The notes under the pieces: model-generated
Told to the model about the DNA's origin: nothing
What the model saw: the letters and a program-made list of their open reading frames with translations, nothing else
The model's database searches: none
In this document: piece by piece, positions 57,744-64,000 of the stretch
Layout of the letters: the number at the start of each line of letters is the position of its first letter
Position numbering within the stretch: the first letter of the stretch is position 1
Program-made: the position numbers and the translations under genes
Source of the DNA: a virus
IMG/VR virus record: IMGVR_UViG_3300047554_000685
Location: 15,363-79,362 of that record
DNA: 64,000 bases
Reading direction: 5' to 3' (one strand)

Positions 57744-58044
57744 CATCAACCCTCGTGCAGGAATTATGCGCGGTGCCCGCTTGTGGCCAGATCCAGACCA
57801 AATCCTTTACAGTCCATTCGAAGAGGGTGGTCAGATCTTAGGGTACGTTTTAGTTTATGGCGAAGAAGCCCCTGCAGTGTTTGACGGAACAACTTGGCAT
57901 CCAATTATTGATAATGCAGATCAGTGGCAAGAAATGATGCCACTAATCGCTGAACAATATTACAAGATCGTGGAGCACGCAGAAACTAACGATGCTTATA
58001 AGCAGCTAGCAGGTTTTGTTACCGGAGCCAATTACGCAAGTTAG
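57736..58044 (+). CDS. Hypothetical protein
   Basis: Overlaps upstream gene, GGAG RBS. Confidence 0.6.
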   Translation: MININPRAGIMRGARLWPDPDQILYSPFEEGGQILGYVLVYGEEAPAVFDGTTWHPIIDNADQWQEMMPLIAEQYYKIVEHAETNDAYKQLAGFVTGANYAS

Positions 58045-58379
58045 TTGCTTTCTTCCTCTGCTTTTATAGCTTTACGCTTTTCTTTATACTCAGCTGCAAG
58101 ATTTTCTACGGTCTGGTTTTTGTAGTGCACTCGTTTAATACGATCTGGTCGAAAGCTACGGCAGTTTTCTGCACCCTTAGGCCCACCCCACACATCAACC
58201 CACTGCACACCATTGTGATTAGTTACATGGTGAATAAAGCGAAAGCGTCCACGCTCTCCAGTAATTTTTAATTCGGTACCAGGTGACACATTACGTCCAT
58301 TGATCTGAATTTCTTTTAAGTAAATCCAAGAATCATTGGGCTTCGGTCCAGTACTGACTGACTTCTTTTTACGCCCCAC
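58041..58379 (-). CDS. Conserved actinophage-type SH3-like protein
   Basis: PGTELKITGERGRFRF...WVDVWGG...RSFRPDRI. Confidence 0.7.
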   Translation of the reverse strand: MGRKKKSVSTGPKPNDSWIYLKEIQINGRNVSPGTELKITGERGRFRFIHHVTNHNGVQWVDVWGGPKGAENCRSFRPDRIKRVHYKNQTVENLAAEYKEKRKAIKAEEESN

Positions 58380-58381
58380 TG

Positions 58382-58726
58382 CTACTCTTCCTTAGTTAAC
58401 CACTCTACAACCTCAGGGTTGTCCTTGAGAAATGCTAACATACCGGCTTCGAATACACCAATAAAATGATGCTCCCAAGTTTCATAGTCATCTTTTTTAT
58501 TTGGCTTTTTAATCCCATCAAAGACCATACGGATTGAGTGCATAACTTCATGTAAAAGCGTCTGTTGCTTTTTACTCACAGACATGCTTTTATCAAGAAC
58601 AATCAAATTACCTTGATCTAGGGTATAGCCGTAGTTTTCCTCATTGAGCGTTCCATCTTCTTTAGGGTCGCGCTCAACTACGGTATATAGCTGTCCAGCT
58701 ATCTTGATTTTCTTCGGAGTTGCCAT
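58382..58726 (-). CDS. Small HExxH zincin-like phage protein
   Basis: QTLLHEVMH...FLKDNP. Confidence 0.75.
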   Translation of the reverse strand: MATPKKIKIAGQLYTVVERDPKEDGTLNEENYGYTLDQGNLIVLDKSMSVSKKQQTLLHEVMHSIRMVFDGIKKPNKKDDYETWEHHFIGVFEAGMLAFLKDNPEVVEWLTKEE

Positions 58727-58758
58727 ACCAGTAAAATACCACACTTAAAACATAGTGT

Positions 58759-59040
58759 TTAGATACCAGTATTTATACAACACCCGTCACAACCGTGCAC
58801 TGCGCGGCCACCCAAGCCCAGATTGATCTCATCTGGATCAGGGTGCCCAACACCATGCTCACAGAGTCGCTCCATAAGACCACGATCACTCCTCCAAAGC
58901 TGAGGCATATGGCGCATGTTATGGTCACTACGGTTATGCAGTGTGCAGTACTTACCACGGCAGCTTAGTTCGTCGTGGCAATAAATATATGCCTCTGTGT
59001 GCTCTAGTAGCATGCGAGTAGAACGCAAGTGCTCACTCAT
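58759..59040 (-). CDS. Conserved phage Cys/His protein
   Basis: WRSDRGLMERLCEHGVGHPDPD...HGCDGCC. Confidence 0.75.
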   Translation of the reverse strand: MSEHLRSTRMLLEHTEAYIYCHDELSCRGKYCTLHNRSDHNMRHMPQLWRSDRGLMERLCEHGVGHPDPDEINLGLGGRAVHGCDGCCINTGI

Positions 59041-59227
59041 TATGCCACACTTCCACACCCATATACCAGTGAATAATGTCTAAAGTAAAAGCTCGTTCGT
59101 AATGGTTGTATTCAAAACCAAGCCCCCAGTGATCAGTAGTCCCTAAATAAAAATGAACCTTGTTCCCAATTGTCATTGTTAGGGTTCCAGTCCACATTTT
59201 TTCAAATTTAATAAACTTATTTTTCAT
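59033..59227 (-). CDS. Hypothetical protein
   Basis: In operon. Confidence 0.5.
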   Translation of the reverse strand: MKNKFIKFEKMWTGTLTMTIGNKVHFYLGTTDHWGLGFEYNHYERAFTLDIIHWYMGVEVWHNE

Positions 59228-59228
59228 T

Positions 59229-59423
59229 TTAGTCCTGCTTATTCTCAAACTTACATAAATGATACCCGCCCCAAACTTCGCACTTATACCAAGCTAGTTT
59301 TATACCAAATCGCTCCTGAGTCTTAAGTACCACACTAATTACAGTCATTGGATCACCGTAAATCATTTTATTTTTGTGTGCACTACACCGATTGGTGTAG
59401 CTGCCGTCTAGTTTAAATGGCAC
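59229..59423 (-). CDS. Hypothetical protein
   Basis: AWYKCE....HL motif; in operon. Confidence 0.5.
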   Translation of the reverse strand: MPFKLDGSYTNRCSAHKNKMIYGDPMTVISVVLKTQERFGIKLAWYKCEVWGGYHLCKFENKQD

Positions 59424-59425
59424 AG

Positions 59426-59896
59426 CTACTCTCCATTAGAATCATCCCTGAAGCGCTTTGGTGGCCAAACTTGAGTAGTTTCACCATTTTTTAATTCATA
59501 AATAGTTGTTTTGTCTTTGACAATTTCCCAAATATCACTGGCCATTTCGTTAGCCTCGGCAATATCTTCTTCTGACGGGTTGTATGCCATAGCTTCGGAG
59601 TGCCACCCCCTCATTGCATCAAGTGCTTGATCTACTGATTCGAAGTAGTGGCTGCGTTGTCCAAAGTTAGGGTAAGAAGGAGTATCACTTGCAACTACAT
59701 ATGAGTAGATATTTACACTAATTGTCGGCTCTACCGGACCATCTTGCCTATCCCAGACAGTGCCTAATCCAAGTTCGATGGAGACATTACCGTCGCCACT
59801 TTTAGCATGACCATCAAATTTGTGTAAATGCCAAAAAGCTTCGTCATGCAGTCGAGCAATTTCTTTTGCTTTATCAAGATCATCCTGAGAGATCAT
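59426..59896 (-). CDS. Hypothetical protein
   Basis: AAGGAG RBS. Confidence 0.65.
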   Translation of the reverse strand: MISQDDLDKAKEIARLHDEAFWHLHKFDGHAKSGDGNVSIELGLGTVWDRQDGPVEPTISVNIYSYVVASDTPSYPNFGQRSHYFESVDQALDAMRGWHSEAMAYNPSEEDIAEANEMASDIWEIVKDKTTIYELKNGETTQVWPPKRFRDDSNGE

Positions 59897-60152
59897 TCGG
59901 GCTCCTTTTCTTTAGAGTGGCACTCACAGCTACAAAAAATATCAGCTGAAGGTAGTTTAAGAATACATTGCTTATGATGACCAGTTAGGCACCAACCAAA
60001 CTTAGACAAATTAAGAACTACCTTTTTTTAGAATCTCTAAAGCAATTAGCTCCGCGGTTCCCTCACTAAAACCAGCGTCTGTAGCTTGCTTTTTTACACC
60101 AGCTAACATCGATATAATATCTTTAGACATTTCCAGGGCATGTAGTAAGTCG

Positions 60153-60689
60153 TTATTCATTGTCTTTTCCTGTCAGATATTTGATAAGGCCTTCAGGGAC
60201 TTCAAGATTTTTACTTTTATAAAAATCTTTAAGGTCCGTAAGGCAATCATCATACGCACTTTCATATGTATCTTTAGGCGAAGCATATCCCATAGGGAAT
60301 CCACAATCGTCACAGAGGGTCTTGTACCATCCGCCACGCACGCGAGTCCCAACGGACGGTTCGTAGACCCAACCATTACCGCCACGCATAGAGGACTTGC
60401 CGCAGATTTCGCAAGTTTTAGCGGATAGGCGCGAAGCTTCTGCAATAGCGTCATCCATCAGCTCTCCGACAACACCAACAGGCACTCCTTGAATATAGAA
60501 CCGAAGAGTGCCAAACTTTTCCTTCACTTGGGCAATCTTGTAGTCAGAACATAGGTATTCCAACTTTGCATCCAGTTCTTCCAGAATTCGATACCAGCCC
60601 TTGTCGCAGCTAATCCATTTGCCATAGCTAGGGTCAATACGATCAAGTAGCTTTTTTTCTACTGGAAGCACTTCAATTTCGTCTTTCAT
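60153..60689 (-). CDS. Conserved phage protein (QVKEKFGTLRFY family)
   Basis: GWY..L...QVKEKFGTLRFY...S..TCE.CG...W..TLC..C. Confidence 0.8.
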   Translation of the reverse strand: MKDEIEVLPVEKKLLDRIDPSYGKWISCDKGWYRILEELDAKLEYLCSDYKIAQVKEKFGTLRFYIQGVPVGVVGELMDDAIAEASRLSAKTCEICGKSSMRGGNGWVYEPSVGTRVRGGWYKTLCDDCGFPMGYASPKDTYESAYDDCLTDLKDFYKSKNLEVPEGLIKYLTGKDNE

Positions 60690-60739
60690 TTTTCTCCTTA
60701 GTAGAGCTAAAGACTACAACATAAAATTAAATTACGCAA

Positions 60740-60991
60740 CTAGTCTTCAATTGAAACAACCTTAGTGCTAAGCCACCAGCCATCTTTGCCACCAATGTAA
60801 AGTAGCTTGCCTACTTCTGGCTCACCGTTCGGGTGATCCCAGATATCCCCCATCTGAGATACCGTATCTGGAATAGCTTTCATGAAGAACACCTTGAATG
60901 AGTCTACGCCGGTACCTTCACTATTAAATTTACGACAAATTCCGTGGTCATCAATTTCATAGCGGGACCCGCTTTCAGTTTTAATTATCAC
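60740..60991 (-). CDS. Hypothetical protein
   Basis: TESGSRYEID...STKVVSI. Confidence 0.6.
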   Translation of the reverse strand: MIIKTESGSRYEIDDHGICRKFNSEGTGVDSFKVFFMKAIPDTVSQMGDIWDHPNGEPEVGKLLYIGGKDGWWLSTKVVSIED

Positions 60992-61187
60992 TAGATTTCC
61001 TATACTGCTTTAGATCTACCCATTGACGAATACCATCGCCAACTTTAAAAATGTCGGTGTCCGTTTCATAACCAATTTCATCAGCCTCTAATACAGGATT
61101 AACTTCTTCCCAGCGATCAGACGTGTCTCGACGGACTAGGGCATCAATATGCCCTGACCTAATACGAGGGATTTTTGGTAACATCAT
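60981..61187 (-). CDS. Stand-alone Mtd/hyaluronidase N-terminal-like domain
   Basis: RRDT...W...NPVL...EIGYETDT..FKVGDG...W..L. Confidence 0.75.
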   Translation of the reverse strand: MMLPKIPRIRSGHIDALVRRDTSDRWEEVNPVLEADEIGYETDTDIFKVGDGIRQWVDLKQYRKSSDN

Positions 61188-61192
61188 TCTCC

Positions 61193-62296
61193 TCAATCTG
61201 CATCTGAACTTACAACACGGAAAGTCTCCCCACCGCTAGGCCGGAGTTCCTTCCAAACACTCGGGATACAAGTTTTCTCGTCGTACATCATAAAGAAGTA
61301 CGCCTTATCCTTCTCATCCTTAACCGCCATAGCGAAGTTCTTTTTAGCTTCACGTTCTTCAACATGAGGGTAAGTAAAGGTCTTTTCTAATGGACCAAAC
61401 ATAATTGCACGATAGTCCTTGATTAGCTGCACATGTCTTGCCTCAAACTCAGCGTTTAGCCGGCTAGCAACTTCTTTTACCCAACTGTGGAACTCGTCAG
61501 GTGCTCCAGCAAACTCGGCCTCAAGAGAGCGCTCCTCCACAAGACATTCCCAGACGTGGCGTTCAGTGACACGAGTCATGTACTTGTGTAGACGCTTGTA
61601 GTCCTCATATTTAATTTTGACCATTGCACCATCAGAGACGCGGGTAACAACAAAACCTTCTGCATTCTCGCGTGCAGGCGCAGCTAACACCTCACCCCAA
61701 GTCTTGTAACTGTAGCGAGGTGCCGAATCGATAGGCAGACTCCATCCTGGCTCAAACCTACCAGTTTCGTTGTCAACAGTGCCTAGCCAGACCAACCCTT
61801 CTTTACCGCCGTAGTCAACGACGATTCGGTTCTCAGGATAGATAATTTCAAACAAATAAGTCTTGCCAGCCTCTAGAGCAATGTCTGGACGATTCTCACG
61901 CCACCAATTAGTTGCCCACAATGCTTGCTCCGAAGCAAACGACCCGCGAGTCGCAATAGCCTCAGAGAAGTCTGGCGGATAGTAGAGAATGCCTAGAGAG
62001 CCATCCATCTTGTCCGAAACAATAACTTCATCGTCCAAAGCAAATACAGGTGCCTGCTCTTGGTCAGAGTTAAAGAACTTAGGCATACCACGAGCGACAA
62101 CGTTTCCATCGTCGTTTGTAATCATTCCACGACAGTTTAGAGTTGCCTCATCCCAAGCTTGATCCCAAGTACAAGCATCCGTGTAGTTATGGATAGCGTA
62201 GCCCTGAATCTCAGGGTGAGACTGAACTTTAATGTAGCCAGCCTCTACAGCTTTTTTGTAGGTTGCTCGTTCTACAACACTAAATAGATGGACCAC
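61193..62296 (-). CDS. RNA ligase (T4 Rnl1-like)
   Basis: CRG, KFFN, motif I KMDGSLG, FEII.PENRIVV.Y, EGFVV, KIK...Y. Confidence 0.9.
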   Translation of the reverse strand: MVHLFSVVERATYKKAVEAGYIKVQSHPEIQGYAIHNYTDACTWDQAWDEATLNCRGMITNDDGNVVARGMPKFFNSDQEQAPVFALDDEVIVSDKMDGSLGILYYPPDFSEAIATRGSFASEQALWATNWWRENRPDIALEAGKTYLFEIIYPENRIVVDYGGKEGLVWLGTVDNETGRFEPGWSLPIDSAPRYSYKTWGEVLAAPARENAEGFVVTRVSDGAMVKIKYEDYKRLHKYMTRVTERHVWECLVEERSLEAEFAGAPDEFHSWVKEVASRLNAEFEARHVQLIKDYRAIMFGPLEKTFTYPHVEEREAKKNFAMAVKDEKDKAYFFMMYDEKTCIPSVWKELRPSGGETFRVVSSDAD

Positions 62297-62486
62297 TTGT
62301 TCTCTCCCTCGATAAATTTAACGCAGTCTTGCCACGAGTGCCAAAATCCACTACAAAAGTCGCACTTCTGAGGGCTTATTGGAGCTTGCATCATTACTTT
62401 TTTCCCCTACCCAGTAGGACGATATTGACTGCTAGTAGCACTAGCAAACTACTTTGAATGATGTCTATAATATTTTGTCCACTCAT

Positions 62487-63404
62487 CTAAAAATCACCAT
62501 CCGCAACCTGGAAAGTTGGAAGACCCAGCTTGCGACGCCAAAGGTCAACAACCTGGTCACGATCATCTAATACAAACCAAACGTGATACTTACCAGCAAT
62601 GTGTTCCTGGAATAGCTCATACTTGACAATCCAGTCAGGACGTACGTCCCCAGCTGCACGCATATAGAGCTCCGGCTCAAAGCCAAGCTCATTCCACAGC
62701 CAGTTAGTTGTCTCAGTGCGAGACTCCTCACCGCGACCAGACATGAAAATCACCTTCGTGCCAATTGAATAGAGTGAGTTCACTAGACCAGCAACCGGAA
62801 AGTTAGGCAGATCAGTGTGAACCTTATCAAACTCATAAGGACCACGACCATTCATCAATGCAATGGTTCCATCGATATCACAAAGCACGACTGATTCCAT
62901 ATCCTCGTGGAACTTATTTGGGTATGGTTTGATAGAGGGGGTTTCTGGTACAACCCAAGGCCTAATACCCTTTAGCTGACCAGCCATCTTGCGGATAACG
63001 TCTCCGCCAACAACTCGATCACGCTTAGAGTCACGCTCAATGCACTCTTCAATAGGGACGTTCAAAAACTCGTCTACAACAATAAACTCAGCACCAGCTA
63101 ACAAAGTGACATCCTGCAGAGCCTTTACCGTTGCGCGCGCAAGATTGGTATTGTCAACGTAGATGTGAGTGATGTAGTCCTGCGCAAGAAAGGTCTTAAG
63201 CATTGCCAAGCGCAAGTGGTGTAGCAACTCCTTGCTCGCGTTGTTATACATGTTGCCCCACATCTCGTTGTAGAGCATCATAGAAAGATCATCGTTGTTC
63301 AAGCGAACAGCAGTGCCAGCAGGGTGCGTAGCCAACTGCTCTTTAACCCAAGTGCTCTTACCAGAACCTGGCAACCCACGCGGGATAACTACCTTCTTCT
63401 TCAC
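62487..63404 (-). CDS. Polynucleotide 5'-kinase/3'-phosphatase (T4 PseT-like Pnkp)
   Basis: GLPGSGKST kinase; DIDGT, SGR, DDRDQVV..WR HAD phosphatase. Confidence 0.92.
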   Translation of the reverse strand: MKKKVVIPRGLPGSGKSTWVKEQLATHPAGTAVRLNNDDLSMMLYNEMWGNMYNNASKELLHHLRLAMLKTFLAQDYITHIYVDNTNLARATVKALQDVTLLAGAEFIVVDEFLNVPIEECIERDSKRDRVVGGDVIRKMAGQLKGIRPWVVPETPSIKPYPNKFHEDMESVVLCDIDGTIALMNGRGPYEFDKVHTDLPNFPVAGLVNSLYSIGTKVIFMSGRGEESRTETTNWLWNELGFEPELYMRAAGDVRPDWIVKYELFQEHIAGKYHVWFVLDDRDQVVDLWRRKLGLPTFQVADGDF

Positions 63405-63521
63405 TTTGCCTTCATCTCTTTCTTAGCTAAGTACTCTCCATACTGCATGCCCGCCATAAAACCACGCCACTCTGCTTCAGTCTCACGACGCTTGATACGC
63501 CCGAGAATCTTACGCTTAAGT

Positions 63522-63866
63522 TTAGTAAGCATCTGGATCAAAACCTAGCTGCTTTTCAAGTGGCTTGTTAGGGTCAGCAAGCATCACACGACCCAACTTC
63601 TCTGCGTCCTTCAACTTACGGAATGTCTTCTCTAGACGGCGCAGGTCTTCCTTGCGGTGAGCAATCTGGTCTAGGTTTACCTTCTTCAGGAAAGTTGCAG
63701 TAAAAGCTTTTGGTGCCTTCTCTGCAGCAACAAGAATACCCTCACGGAGAATGTCATTCTCGTGAGTTAGCTTGTCTGCAATCTTTTTCCACTTCTCGGC
63801 TTCAGCATTAGCCGAGCGAGCGCGGTCCCAGCCCTTATCTTCGTACGTCTCTACCTGACATGGCAT
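63522..63866 (-). CDS. Hypothetical protein
   Basis: GGAGG RBS and TTGACA promoter upstream. Confidence 0.7.
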   Translation of the reverse strand: MPCQVETYEDKGWDRARSANAEAEKWKKIADKLTHENDILREGILVAAEKAPKAFTATFLKKVNLDQIAHRKEDLRRLEKTFRKLKDAEKLGRVMLADPNKPLEKQLGFDPDAY

Positions 63867-64000
63867 TTAATACCTCCTTCCAAAGATAATCACAAGTATA
63901 CGCTTTCCTAGATAAATGTCAAGTGTCCACCTATATGGACCATTAATGCCATTAGCTTTGTGGCCCCAAAGCTGCCACCCCCACTGAGTATCCCAAGCGC

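Noticed and set aside
1-64000. Prophage, IS element, retron or DGR
   Set aside because: No integrase, transposase, reverse transcriptase or host housekeeping flank in the window.

Overview
64 kb of a large tailed dsDNA phage genome. The host is very likely an actinobacterium: the SSB, ClgR-like regulator, DUF1360 protein, NlpC/P60 and M23 enzymes look actinobacterial and several genes are leaderless. Layout: (i) 1-16.6 kb, minus strand: packaging/head operon with TerL, portal, Dps and a giant acidic modular protein that appears joined by a -1 frameshift to tandem ArdC/zincin domains; a heme oxygenase and DUF2218 gene precede TerL. (ii) 16.6-17.6 kb: non-coding, a possible genome end. (iii) 17.6-33.8 kb: about 20 self-contained minus-strand cassettes (sigma70-type promoter, GAAAGGGAAA RBS, small gene(s), intrinsic terminator). 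(iv) 33.8-43.5 kb: small genes, 2OG-Fe(II) oxygenases, a CHAP-like protein lacking its catalytic Cys, and sugar-modification genes. (v) 44-55 kb: large Pro/Thr-rich exported protein, SNase, M23 endolysin, glycosyltransferases. (vi) 55-64 kb: two tRNAs, HNH, split C5 methyltransferase, RNA ligase and Pnkp. The strongest unexplained signal is in region (iii): by eye its genes contain essentially no GATC or AGCT, while the short untranscribed spacers between cassettes are packed with GATC, AGCT, CCGG, CCWGG, GCWGC, CCCGGG and CGATCG. Second is the frameshift-extended, GxDQ-punctuated polyvalent protein. All family calls are from motif recognition, not database searches, and all motif counts were made by eye.
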